A stretch of DNA of 64,000 bases from Euprymna scolopes (lineage: Eukaryota): assembly GCA_053919585.1 (NCBI GenBank), contig CM132785.1; one strand, given 5' to 3'. The translations under genes and the position numbers were made by a program. Below are positions 14,137-26,853 of this stretch, in pieces. Below the pieces are notes generated by a model. The model did not search any database, was not told the origin of the DNA, and worked only from the letters and a program-made list of their open reading frames with translations. Position 1 is the first letter of the stretch. Every line of letters begins with the position of its first letter.

Positions 14137-14568
14137 GTGATCACAGCACTTATCACAGTGAGAAGAAGTTGACGATTAGAAAGTTAGATAAGTACAGCTG
14201 GAAGGAAAACCAGTTTTTTGTATATGACTTGTCATGAATCTAATTGCGATGCGTGACGCTGAAACTTGACCGAGGCATATTTAGTTATTACCGTCCAGAC
14301 ATAAGATTTTCTGTCAGTAATTATTTCATCATTTAGAAAATAAGTCCAAATACAGAGTTTTGATGAGTCGTTATGCAAAAATGTACAAATATCATGTTGT
14401 ATATTTATACACACACAAGATTATGTAAATAAAATATATCCAGTAGTGTTTGCATATATACACATATATGCGTATAGAGAGATTAAGATATTTACACAAA
14501 AACACATGCGTATATAAACAGGTACAGATCGATAAGGAAATAGATGTACTGAGACATATATATATAAT

Positions 14569-15386
14569 GTATTTGTTTCTACAAAAGTGAGAATGTGTGT
14601 TTGAGGACAATTTTCAACTTATATACTCAACGAATTTGTTTATCTACAAACTTGAAATTCGGTATATAGGTTATTCGGATATATTGAAAACTTTTGATTT
14701 TTTTTTACATGGGGATCACCAATTATCAAGGCCCGAAGGCCACTCAGGGATAAGGGTTATTGCGTGTACAGTAATCAATGAGATAGTATTGTAGTAATCA
14801 TTAGTAGTGGGGGTTTTGATAGAGTGTCTTACTTAAGGGAGCGGTTTGTCAGGAGTTTGTTTATGTTGGACTTGAAGACGTCCAAGTTGTAGTCAGGTGG
14901 GAAACAGGCAAGCGGCAGAGAGTTCCACTGGCGTGCAGTTCTAGAAAGAAGCTTTTCTCATGGAATCTACGTTTGGATTTAGGCACAGATAAAGAGTGGG
15001 AAAAATTATTGATCCGTTTTCAATCAGAAAAAGGGCCGCTAAGGGGTCAAAATGGAAAAATTGGTACGTGGGAGGCCACCGGACTTTTATCTGTTTTCAA
15101 CTCTGACATAATAGCTTCCTTATGTTAAGTATGAGTTACTTTGAAAACACTCTTTGAAAGTCATGTCAAGCGGTGTAATGGTTGTCGTAATTGACTTACT
15201 GTCTTTAGGTTTTGGTTTCGATCTCAAGTCGGGTGTTATTTTTTTTTTCTTACAAAAAGTGAATTATTTAGAAAAAACATAATATTTGCATGCAGATATC
15301 TCAGTTCCTTTCGTTGTTTTTAATTCATTTTTTAAAGGAATTTAACGTTACGTTTAATACTGGACAACGCCGGGTAAATCTGCTAA
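14569..15386 (+). mobile_element. Helitron family A copy interrupted by a LINE 3' fragment
   Basis: Homology to 7019-7522; 3' hairpin ctggacaacgccggg followed by ctaa. Confidence 0.75.
14699..15009 (-). mobile_element. 5'-truncated LINE family A 3' end inserted in the Helitron
   Basis: Reverse complement of 31340-31615 with poly(T); ttgat on both sides is a candidate TSD. Confidence 0.85.
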
Positions 15387-15506
15387 TATATATAAAACAG
15401 ATAATATGTATAAAATAGCAAATTGTGCATGTATATGTATATATGCTAATGTAAAAAGAGAGAAGTCCTAATGTATATATATGCGGTTAGTAGAAGAGAA
15501 CCCTGA

Positions 15507-16330
15507 CAGAGTGCACAATTATTTTTTAAATTCAAAAATAAGCGTAAAAAATAACTTTTTTGGAACGATAAAATTGTCGCCCTAAAGAAAACAACATTAC
15601 AACTTTAATTTTAAAATTCATTGACAAAATAAATTCAGGTAACTTGATTATGTAGTAGAGCTGACATTTTATCAATGTAGCCACCTTCAGCCTTAATCAC
15701 CGCCTCGATACGGGTCCAACACTTGGAGCATGCCTCATCCACAAGCACTGACAAGAGCTCTGCGAATACTCGGCGGATGGTGGCAATCCGGCTAGCTTTG
15801 TGGGAGATCATGTGGGAGATCATGTGGGAGATCATGTTTTCGACGTATAATGAAACGTAGTAGTCCAGCGGATTCAGATCAGGGAGGATGGAAGTTAGTG
15901 AGCGAAGGGTACAAAGTCGTCGCACTCCTAAAGCCAAGGCTAGGTTTCTTTGTACTTGTGATCCGGCGCTGATTCCTGCTGCCACACTCAGAGTCTGCTA
16001 GCTGTCACCTTATTGCACGAAGGATCACCTCACTATTCAGCATATCTGGATACATATTGGTGTTGACTTTCAAGCCGACTTCGAAGATGTGAGGTGGCAC
16101 GATGTCACCCTCATTTGAAGCCACATTTAAAACCATAACACTTGCCAAAAACTTCGTTGAGCGGTGCCCTCAAGCGTTGATCCGTCCTGATTTGCATCTT
16201 GAGGGTACTGGTGATGGTGTCCTGTTGTCATAACTCGGATCGGTAAAGAACATGAGTTGTACAGCAGCGCATCTCCGATCTCGCTCTCTGAACATTATGT
16301 TACTTTCAAGCATGATAGCTGGCTCCTACA
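15507..16330 (-). mobile_element. Tc1/mariner transposase remnant
   Basis: ORF 15635-15985 contains PDLNPLDYYV and RIEAVIKAEGGYI, mariner-type C-terminal motifs. Confidence 0.85.
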
Positions 16331-19070
16331 TTTCTTGGAATTTGTATACAACTGGCTTACTAGTAAATGATCTGCACCATAATCATAAAACGAAAATGGA
16401 ATCAGGTCGTCTTTTCTATAGCGACAATGTTATCGTTCAACATACATAAAAAGAACAACATCAGTGTCCTTAGTATAAACAGAGGCTGAATAGAGTTCGG
16501 CATAGAAAACCTACTATAGGTCTCCTTTGTTTGGATATGAAACAGATGGTACCAATGTTATTTTGATCTTCACGTTATCTGTGATTGAATGAGAATCAAC
16601 AAATATTCCACCCTTCCATTGTCATCGAAATCGGTGAAATCGAACATTTTTTAATCAAATTCATTGATTGTCTTCTTTAGTTTAGTATACTGAGAAGAAG
16701 CTTTACTGCCTTCTCGCAGAGACTTATTCCACAATACATTGTAGTCTACATTGAACGGTATAGAATCTACCGTTGAATTTTATAAAATTATCTGTAAATA
16801 ATGGTTTTACTTAAAATGCAAACACCAGATATCATGGTTCAAGTGTGCTGTGAACAGAAACCTTCATTCCGAAGTGCCTCTGTCTTATTAAAGAACAAAC
16901 TGTTAATTTTATGAAATTATTTTTACAAAATCCCTTGAAAATATTCAACATACAAAAGTCAAATATCATGGTTCTCTAAAAAGAAACATTCATTTTGAAG
17001 GCGTCCTGGTTTATAAGAGAATCTACAGTTTATTTTATAGGCTGGGCTTTTCTGCTTGTACGGTGATAAAAATTCTCAACTGCACTTATGATGTTAGGTT
17101 GTATAAAAGTGTTAACGTTGATTAAAATCTTTCTTTCTTTAATTTTTTTTTTGCGATTTTCCATATTTATCAGGCGTATTTCGATACAAAACCTACGTAG
17201 AACCCTCACAGACACATCAATTAAATTTGTATGAATTTCCAAAAAAAAATCGCCTAAGCCGTTCTCGTAAGGAACAAATTCACACACACGCACATACACG
17301 CACACACACACAAAATGTTTTTTTGTATAATAGGATATATATATAAACACGCACACACATATATCTATATATATATAGAGAGAGAGAGAGAGAGAAAAAG
17401 AAAGAGAGAGAGAGGGAGAGTTATATACATAAGGAGACAAAAATCTTACTCTCTTTCACAACACTATATCATCCCCATTTTTTTGAATTTCCAACGACTT
17501 TTTTCCTTTCTGAAATAGAACAAAACTATATTTGCAGTATAATATTTATTATACTGGTGTTTTTTTGTTGTTTTTTTTTTGTTTCTTAATTTTATTCATC
17601 CCAAGGAAGTCTCGCAATAAAGACGAAACGTTGATGAACACATAGCTTGGTTTGTTTATTTTTATTTCTGTGCAAGAAGACATAAGTAGATTGTATTTAA
17701 TCAATATAGACTGGAGAATTAATTCTGTTTTCATTAATAAACGTTTTAGTATTTTGTCTAGTATTTTGAGATGAGGATTGGTTATTCGCATCATTTCGAT
17801 TCATTAAATAACTGTTGTAATGAAATTATAGACAAGGAAGACGACACATATGCCGGAGGATAAACAATTACTAAATAGACCTAGTATAGAATTTAACACA
17901 ATAGTGAACCCGTTAAATATAAATAATAGATAATATATACAGTAAAAAGTAAACAATAATGAGAACCGGCGTGTTAATGTGCTTGTGCTGTTCTACACAT
18001 AGCCGCTAACTAGCTTTTCCCAGTGTGTAATACATATTTAGTTTTCTATATGAAAACTAAATATGTCCATGTTTCCTCAATCAATTAAATTTTAAACAGA
18101 ACGAGACATGTAAAGCTTTAATATCTTTCATTCTAGGTGTTTCCTAATATTTAGTCTTCCTAAATATATGCCTTTATTTATCTTTTGTTTTCAGATAAAT
18201 CTTCATGCATGGTCAAATAAGTTCATGAAGCTATTAAACATTCAATTAATATAAAAATGGGAAAAGAGTCTAAAAAAAAGGTGCTAAAATATGTTGGCCA
18301 TTTCGGAAACTACGAAGTACTAATGATAACCTTTAATATAAATAAGGTACAGGACGATTATACACTTTCGAAAATATACGTTTTAAAATACTTTTCCCGG
18401 GAAACACAGCAAAGTTTCAATCAAATGTTTAAGGCCATTGTTAGTATTTAAGCTGTATCAAAGCAGCTAAATAAAATTGGTGTGGTTAAATCGCTTGATA
18501 AATATGACTCACATTAGCGCAATGGATAAATATTTCTTACAAAATCGGCCATTGTTTTTCGAACAATCCAATATCTATATAGAGAGAGCATGTTCATAAA
18601 TAGATACCGTATATATTGATTAAATCATGTTGCCATTTTTCTAAACCATTAAAGAATATTATGTATAATTTTATTCGCCATTTCATAAACCGGAACAAGC
18701 TACCTCAGCACATGTCGTTCGTAAGTAAAGCTAAAATGAGTTTCTGTTTACCCCTTGGGAGATTAGATATTCCGTTAGGTGGATTTTCNNNNNNNNNNNN
18801 NNNNNNNNNNNNNNNNNNNNNNNNNNNNNNNNNNNNNNNNNNNNNNNNNNNNNNNNNNNNNNNNNNNNNNNNNNNNNNNNNNNNNNNNNNNNNNNNNNNN
18901 NNNNNNNNNNNNNNNNNNNNNNNNNNNNNNNNNNNNNNNNNNNNNNNNNNNNNNNNNNNNNNNNTGAGTGTGGTATGTTAGTACATATTACATTGGGAAA
19001 GCAGAAAGGAGAAAATTGAGTGTATATTTCAAGCTGTTTATCCCGTAGGAAATGAAATATTCCCTTTGGC

Positions 19071-19128
<58 letters not shown>

Positions 19129-19224
19129 ATGAATGTATTTTAAAGTCTTTCAATACGGCCCATATGTCTGAATCTCTTTCGAACACACACGCATGCACAC
19201 ATGCACTTATTTCATTTTGGAAAG

Positions 19225-20190
19225 GATTGCCTTACAAATGATGCTGAGAACCAAAACAAACCTGCCACTGGCATAGCCCACAAAAGTTGGAAAAATACAC
19301 TGGCCAGTTTCATAGTGTTAAAACAGAAGAATAGGCCAACCATAAACGGGCAAAATACTTACCGACTGAACTATCCCAAGAATATATCGATAGGGATGTT
19401 TCCCTGGACTGGCTCAAAAGAGGATCACTCCATTACGATCAAGAGGTTGATATTGGCTGCACTAGACCAGGGTCTCATGACGAACGTCTTTAAAAAGATG
19501 ACTGGTCTAAGCAATAATAATAAAGCAGGTTCTGCAACACTGAGGTTGAGAGTGTGGGCCACCTGATTTCTAGTTGCAAAGTCCTACTTGGAAATGGTTA
19601 TTATACAGATCGCCATAACGGAGTTTGCAAATACCTTCATTGGAAGATATGTAAGAAACTAAACGTTCAGTGTAGTAAAAATTCCTGGGAACATATACCC
19701 GAACGAACAGTTGGGAATGGCAACTACACTATTCACTATGACTACATAATCCCTACTGGTACATATCTAGAAAACGCAGTTGTTAAACCAGATATAGTGA
19801 TTTGAGACAGAGCAAATAAAAAAGCGACCATAATAGAGGTCAGTGTACCCAATGATACAGGGCTTAACAGAGCTGAGAGGGAAAAGATAACAAAGTATCA
19901 AGAACTTATGTATGATATGAAACGAAATTGGAAATTAAAGGACGTTTCAATTATACCAATCATCATAGGAGCAACTGGGCTATATAAAAATAACTTTAAA
20001 AGTACATAGCAAGCATACTCGGTGAACCGAGTGCAAGTGAAATAGAAACTATTGCCCTGAAAGGAACGGCTAGAATCCTGAAAAGATCTTTTGGTTGGAC
20101 TCACTGAAATGAGGGTAAATGTTAAACATCTGGTTGGATGTCCCAACCCCTAGAAGAAAAAGATGAAGAAAACGAGAGACAAAATGAATA
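19225..20190 (+). mobile_element. R4/Dong-like non-LTR retrotransposon 3' part (CCHC knuckle plus restriction-like endonuclease), frameshifted
   Basis: ILAALDQGL, ESVGHLISSC, RHNGVCKYLHW, KPDIVI, IIEVSVP, EKITKYQEL, IPIIIGATG. Confidence 0.88.
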
Positions 20191-20400
20191 AAAGATACAT
20201 TCACATGTAGGCAAAATAAGGTAAATATTTTTTTAATTTTATACGTCAACGCATTTAAAGCGAGTTGGATGGGCGCCTAATAAACATTTAGAAAATCCCT
20301 ACACGAATTAATCTACGTTTTGTGGATGATAATCGCGTCGTTAAGGGCTGAATCATCATACATGTTTGAAATGATATTGGTTTTAAGTTTAATACATGTA

Positions 20401-20476
<76 letters not shown>

Positions 20477-20600
20477 CAAAAGGGAAAACTGATGAATTAA
20501 AAGGAAATTATTGAGAGTGCTCAATAAAAAAGAGCAAAATAAATATAATATTACTCTAATGATAATTATATCATTCAGTTATCCCTCTCTAGAAAAGTCT

Positions 20601-20656
<56 letters not shown>

Positions 20657-20661
<5 letters not shown>

Positions 20662-21120
20662 ATTGAGATTGTCGGACTGACTTCCTCATCTTGGTTGTTA
20701 TAGTCACAACGTTTCGGCCGTTTTGCCCTCCTGCCTTCATCAGGTGTTTTGTAACGAACTGGGGAACCGTTTGTTAGGAGTCTCGAACCCAACCCTTTAT
20801 TATTATTACGGGGGTAGCGTGTTCGGACTCCAACTAGGCTCTTGCTGATTCTCTGTTTTTAATGTTACTTTTACTGCCTTCGTTCAGGATTGAACTTTGG
20901 GTAACTGTAAACTTTGATACAACGTCTAGGACCACTCGCCCATATGTCACTAGGACAATTCTTAGTTGGTTTTTGTTAATGTTAACCCTATGTTGTTATT
21001 CAAGGTTTTCTCTCTCCATCAGAGGTGTCCAAATTGCATTCAGCTCTATGCGAAAACGTTGTGACTATAACAACCAAGATGAGGAAGTCAGTCCGACAAT
21101 CTCAATCAATGAAAACACCT
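20657..21120. mobile_element. Penelope-like terminal repeat in inverted arrangement, next to (TA)n
   Basis: 20657-20715 is the reverse complement of 21052-21108 (aacgttgtgactataacaaccaagatgaggaagtcagtccgacaatctcaatcaa). Confidence 0.75.
20704..20748 (-). ncRNA. Minimal type I hammerhead ribozyme (Penelope type), core intact
   Basis: cac-CTGATGA-aggc...ggcc-GAAAC-GTT-gtg; palindromic AACGTT stem III; GUU cleavage triplet. Confidence 0.72.
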
Positions 21121-21287
21121 NNNNNNNNNNNNNNNNNNNNNNNNNNNNNNNNNNNNNNNNNNNNNNNNNNNNNNNNNNNNNNNNNNNNNNNNNNNNNNNN
21201 NNNNNNNNNNNNNNNNNNNNNNNNNNNNNNNNNNNNNNNNNNNNNNNNNNNNNNNNNNNNNNNNNNNNNNNNNNNNNAACTGAACAT

Positions 21288-21656
21288 GCTAATGTTTCGG
21301 ACAATTGGTTTACAACAACCAAAAGCCCTCTTAAGACTTAACAAGTTAAAGAGGGAGAATAAAAAGGAAACAGAAAACAAAAAAGAAAAAGAAAAAAGAA
21401 AGAACATAGAAGAATGAAAAAAAAATCAGCATGATTACAATGCCACGAGAAATGACAGGAGGTGAAAACATTTGAAGTCATTATTGATTTAAGGTTGGAA
21501 GTTAACTTTTCAAAAACTTGAGTTTTGTCTCCCATAGAGGAAGCATGTAGAAAAAGGAAGACCTTTTCTTTCTTTCTTTCCTTCTACATGTTTCCTCGAT
21601 CGTCGCCTGACTAGGACTTTTGGTTCTTGTCAACCAATTGTCCGAAACATCAGAGT
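21288..21656. repeat. Palindromic element whose two arms are degenerate outward-facing hammerhead motifs
   Basis: tgtttcggacaattggtt..aaccaaaag (21295) is inverted at 21613-21649; the + arm reads ctgactaGGAC...GTCCGAAAC. Confidence 0.55.
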
Positions 21657-21679
21657 AATATTTGTCTATATAAATTAAA

Positions 21680-21736
<57 letters not shown>

Positions 21737-21739
<3 letters not shown>

Positions 21740-22501
21740 AACTCAATGGCTCTCGTCTTGGGAGGCCTAAAGTTTTACAAGTTTCTGGGCTTGACCTTTA
21801 CTCCTGATCTTAAGTGGAACACGTACATCAAATCTGTTGCCAAGGCCGCTGAAAAAATGGTGGGATCCTTCTATCGATCCAGTAGATATCTCACTGCTGG
21901 TACAATTCTCTCTATATATAAGAGCCAGGTACATCCAAGGATGAAGTACTGTTGCCACATTTGGTTGGAGCTGCTAGAAAGGACTTGTCCTGCCTTGATA
22001 GAGTTCAAAATAGAATTTGTAGCCTCGTAGGAGATGTCCTTTTCTCTTCCCTGCAAACTCTTTCTCATAGAAGAGATGTTACGAGTTTGTTTTTGCTGTA
22101 TCGTTATTTTCATGGCAAGTGCTCGTCTGAGCTCCAATCTATGCCCCCCCTATGCCCCCCCTCGGCAGACTTTCCAGATTTTCACAAGAAACACTTGCCT
22201 AGCTGAAAACACTATCAATAATTCCCCCACTCTGTGCCTAAACCTAAACGTAGATTTCATGAACAAAGCTCCTTTCTTGGAAGTGCACGCCTGGGGAACT
22301 GTCTTTCGTTTTCCTGCTTCCCAGCTGACTATAATCTGATTGTCTTCGACTTCAATGTAAACAAGTTTTTGATGAGCTGTTCCACTTAAGTTAACAAATT
22401 TACCGAATTTCAATTACTAACGATTATTATATTGCCCAATGAACTCTTAATCCTTATCCTCGAGTGGTCTTTGGGGCTTGATAAGTGGCGATGCCTATGT
22501 G

Positions 22502-22505
<4 letters not shown>
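21737..22505 (+). mobile_element. 5'-truncated, frameshifted LINE family A copy inside a (TA)n tract
   Basis: LGLTFTPDLKWNTYIKSVAK and LSHRRDV; 3' tail cttatcc..gagtgg..cttgataagtgg. Confidence 0.92.
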
Positions 22506-22546
<41 letters not shown>

Positions 22547-22659
22547 AAACGTTATCTAGAGAAGGATAACTGAATAATATAAGTATCATTATAGTAATTT
22601 TCGTATAAAATAATATATTTACAAAAGGTATTTATTTTTCGTAATAAATTAAAGAAAGA

Positions 22660-22812
22660 CTAGCGAGTCCTGTGGAAATTCGTATATATTATTATAGAGT
22701 TAATGTTCTATTGAGTTTTATATATTATAAAGTTGTGATTTTAAAAATAAAAAAATATATATATATCTATATGAATTCGGTTCATTAACTTGAATCGAAA
22801 CCTAATCCCAAA

Positions 22813-22870
<58 letters not shown>

Positions 22871-23110
22871 TTTAGTTCCTTCACTTATAATCGAAACCGA
22901 AACCAAAACTTATGAGGAATTCTTGGTAAGATTATTAATAAAAAAAATAGATGACTTAAATACCATCAGCTATAATCGAAACCGAGACCAAAACAAAAGA
23001 ATTCTTGATTAAATTATTTAATACAACAAATGGAAGTACATAACAATTAAACGATCCGGATGTAGGCGTGACACAGAAAATAATACACACGCTATCGTAT
23101 TTATATATAA
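22660..23110 (-). mobile_element. Non-autonomous Helitron, family D
   Basis: Minus-strand CTAG end after a ccacagg hairpin remnant; 5' tatatataaatacgatagcgtgtg; homologous to 41296-43565. Confidence 0.6.
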
Positions 23111-24294
23111 ATATTGAGGAAAATATTAAAATACAAATCTCCATAAAATAAATGTAAATTGAACAAACATAGTACAAAACATCTTATTAATCTTTGGATT
23201 CATTGAAATGATTCTTGCGTCCGCTTTCATTTCCTCGCAGATTATCAGTATTATTTCAACGAAAGACTAAAGCTTGACTGCAAAAATTGTGCTCAGCTTT
23301 CCTTCAAAAGATACTAGCGTTGAGCAACTCGTTTGAATTGTTTAGCTGATATCAAATTTAAATAGAATATATTATAGTTGATTGGACTGGTCAAGATATC
23401 AGTTGTAGAACTTGTTAATTCATTTTGCTTTAAACATTACTTCAAGAGGTTTTAATAATGTTGTGAAGTAAGCTGAATTATCTATTCCTAAAATAATAGA
23501 GTTGCCACAACACTATAAATAATATTATATTGGAGTAGCTATTCGTGGCAGTTATTGCTCCAGAATCATCATATGTATTCTGTAACATACTTTTGTTAGT
23601 ACACTTTTCTATTTATATATATTATTCCTTAATTGGAATTAATTTTTGAGATGAGCATCATATATTACTTTAATTAATAGTTGGCCGAAACGTTGTGAAT
23701 AAATAAAACCAATAAAAGATCAAAAACAACAACTAATAAAGATGAGAATAATAGTCCGAAATAAAAATAAATTAATACTTTTCTATTGTACCACTGTTTA
23801 TTTTGATTATTACCTCCCTGCAAGGCTCCAACAACCAATTTATTTGAGGTAATTATCTTACTTGAGTTAAGAAGCCTTTACCAATAATACACATTCTAGA
23901 TGAGAATGCTTGGCGTTATTGTGATAGCTGGTCTGGTTTTACGTAGCCTTCTCTCAGAAAAGCGAATCAGTCAATCTCGGAATGTCGGAGACTTACTATG
24001 TCTGACATCCCGGACCTCCGTTATATGCACGTTGAATGCAGAAGTTTGCCAACACCACGCTATTCCTCTCGTGTAAAGAAGTGAGAAGGAAAGTCACTAA
24101 GAAAATCGTAAATAATTTATATACTTCTTATCCAGGAAGTTAGACATAAGCCAAGTGTGAATTAGATGAAAGTGTTTTTTTTTAATCTGTATCCAGCACA
24201 CTCAGATTTTCAGTCCGTGACGTTAATCACTTAGCTATCGTCACTTCCTAAAAGAACATAAAGTAACTCACATGCAGCGGACGTAGATACGGTA

Positions 24295-24327
24295 AAGGAG
24301 GAAAGGAAGGACATATATAATACACGC

Positions 24328-24370
<43 letters not shown>

Positions 24371-24975
24371 TTAATAATGTATGAACCGATGCTTCGACTA
24401 TTAACCGGCCTTTTACGTTAGATGAACAATCTATCAAGTAGAAAATATCCGGAAGCGAAGTGTTTTCGCTCAACCACATGCACATCGACTTGCTGTGATT
24501 TTTTTAAATCGTATAATTGTTCATTAATCTGCAAGTGGTTCAATAACAGGGTTGATGTCGTCAAGGAACGACACATTATTGGCGAACACAGAAACCCTTA
24601 CTAGCGCCACTCAAATATAAAGTACTATTTCGTAGGAGTGAAGTTGCCGTCCCCTCCATTAATATATGACGTAATAAGTCTAACGAAATAGCATTATATA
24701 TATATATATATATATAAATAAATTCCACAGCCAAACAACGTCGCAGCCCACAAGAGCCATGACAGTCAAAGAACCGGAAGCCCAAGACTCGAATTTCGCC
24801 CTCACTTGGGCTCATCAGTTAGACACATCCGAACTCAGGATTCGAAACCCAAGCCAGTCATTGTGCATGTGGTTGAGCGAAAACGCTTCGCTTCCGGATA
24901 TTTTCTGCTTGATAGATTGTTCATCTAACGTTAAAGGCCAGTTAATAGTCGAAGCATCGGTTCATATATTATTAA

Positions 24976-25024
<49 letters not shown>

Positions 25025-25053
25025 GCGTGTACTTTATATGTCCTTCCTTTCCT

Positions 25054-25057
<4 letters not shown>
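24295..25057. repeat. About 195-bp inverted duplication (24295-24490 / 24860-25057); each arm contains (TA)n
   Basis: ORFs 24231-24485(-) and 24759-25097(+) give nearly the same peptide, confirming the inversion. Confidence 0.9.
24772..24833 (-). ncRNA. Type I hammerhead ribozyme preceded by a tRNA-like B box
   Basis: cggatgtgtctaa-CTGATGA-gccc aagtga gggc-GAAA-ttcga-GTC-ttgggcttccg; B box GTTTCGAATCC at 24848-24838. Confidence 0.8.
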
Positions 25058-25097
<40 letters not shown>

Positions 25098-25257
25098 CAG
25101 CCCCTTTAAGAAATTCGTTTCTTATCGTTGAGCACTTTCAGTTGAATTAAAGTCGGTCAATTTAGCTCATCATCGTATAACGATTAGATCACTGTCTGAC
25201 TGACGTAAATGAACATTTAAAAAATTAAGATGTTTAAATTCAACGTTATTTCACGCG

Positions 25258-25340
25258 GATAATGGTAGCCGAATGGATTAGGTCTCTGCTAATCGAGCCA
25301 GAGATGCCTCGTGTTGCGGGGTTAAAATCGTTCCACTGGT
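25258..25340 (+). pseudogene. tRNA-derived (Ser/Leu-like, long variable region) SINE head
   Basis: A box TAGCCGAATGG, stem tctctg/cagaga, degenerate B box GGTTAAAATC. Confidence 0.55.
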
Positions 25341-25351
25341 ATTAATCGTAA

Positions 25352-25402
25352 CACCCTGCACTGAAGTTTCCCGAAAGGATGAAATACTAGTATCTGTAGG
25401 TA
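25352..25402 (+). ncRNA. Type I hammerhead ribozyme with one core substitution
   Basis: cctgca-CTGAAGt-ttcc cgaaa ggat-GAAA-tactagt-ATC-tgtagg; 6-bp stem I; palindromic ATACTAGTAT stem III. Confidence 0.7.
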
Positions 25403-25423
25403 TTTAATTATTATAGTAAAAAA

Positions 25424-25498
<75 letters not shown>

Positions 25499-26379
25499 CA
25501 ATTATAACGATCAAGAAAAATGACACCGAATGCTTTCTATTTGTCTGTATTGCAGTAAAAATGTCGGGGTACGGCATTAAAAAATAGTAACAAAATACAG
25601 TATAGTATATAATACATATATGTATAATCAAATAACATCATAGATAACACCGTAAGGCGGAGCAAATACCATAACCAGGGACTGGAAAGACATTTATTCC
25701 ATATTGTAACCTGAAAAAAAACGTGTCCTAGGGTCCTAGGGACACCATATATCGGGGTCCAATTGACTCTCATTTACGATTGATGCAGATTTTTAAAAAT
25801 GCCGATATAAAAGGGGTTGTTTTATAATATATTGCAAAAAGGCGATTTTTGGGACTGTCGAAAGTTTTGGAATAGATTAACGTGGTCTACATATTGCTAA
25901 GATTATACAAAGCAGGTAAAAATTTGTCTGAATCAATATACATTTCACACTATAATTTAATCAGGTTTTGATCAATTTCCCAACGACAACGCACAACGGG
26001 ATCGACATGATCCAGATCCAAATATTTAATTCCGTTTATAGCAAAGTTATGGACCTTTGATCTCCTAGTTAATCCCCACAATATCTGTCCAGTTAATTCA
26101 GCCTATATGTTTATTGATATCTGAGAATGCCTTGTAAAGTACCATTTGTTTACAGGGCAGTCGTTGACTCGTAATAAATGTACAAATATTGACTGACATA
26201 AGTTATAGCTTTAATTTTATATTGATTCACAATTTTTTGCTTGTGGTATAACGTCACCACCACCCATTCAACACTGAACAGATTTACAGTTCTGCCATTA
26301 TATTAGAAATCTAAAAATTAAAGGTAGGTTATGTGTCTATACAAATTCCCTTTATTTTTATTTCCATCTTCACTATGAG

Positions 26380-26776
26380 AACGTCCGATGATTTTGAATT
26401 TTTACATAACAGGTATTCAGACACGCGGCAAACATTTTAATCAGTTTGGGGAGACATTTGGCTGCCAAAAGGTCCAAGTTGGAAGGGTTGGCCATTGGAG
26501 ACTCTACCAAACTCTTCCGCCAATTTTGGGTCTAAACACTTAAAATTTTAGATGTAGATTACTTGGACATGAATCGAACTTTTTATTTGATTTTAGACCA
26601 AAAGAATGAATGTTAAGGGGTCAAAATCGGGGTTAAAGTTTTTAAAAAAATTGACGTCTGTGGTCTTTACTAAATTACTCACGCAATTTCTGATCTAAAC
26701 ATTTGAAATTTTACATAAAGGGTATTCACACATGAAACAGTACATACGGCTCGAGCAAAGCCGGGCTGAACTGCTA

Positions 26777-26777
<1 letters not shown>
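26380..26777 (+). mobile_element. Non-autonomous Helitron, family C, 3' part (5' boundary uncertain)
   Basis: 3' cggctcgagcaaagccgggctgaactgCTAG|t; homologous to 38975-39398 and 41459-41835. Confidence 0.7.

Positions 26778-26853
<76 letters not shown>

Larger units (their letters stand above)
20550..22597. repeat. About 55-bp inverted repeat pair (20550-20604 / 22543-22597) bracketing nested insertions
   Basis: ttatatcattcagttatccctctctaga vs tctagagaaggataactgaataatataa. Confidence 0.6.

Noticed and set aside
18033-18067. Perfect 15-bp AT-rich hairpin
   Set aside because: Isolated, low complexity, no associated structure
18195-18346. Possible exon (tttcag...AAG|gtac) overlapping ORF 18257-18451
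   Set aside because: In-frame stop after the acceptor; no recognisable homology
18789-18963. ORFs containing X runs at this and other N-gaps
   Set aside because: Artefacts of assembly gaps
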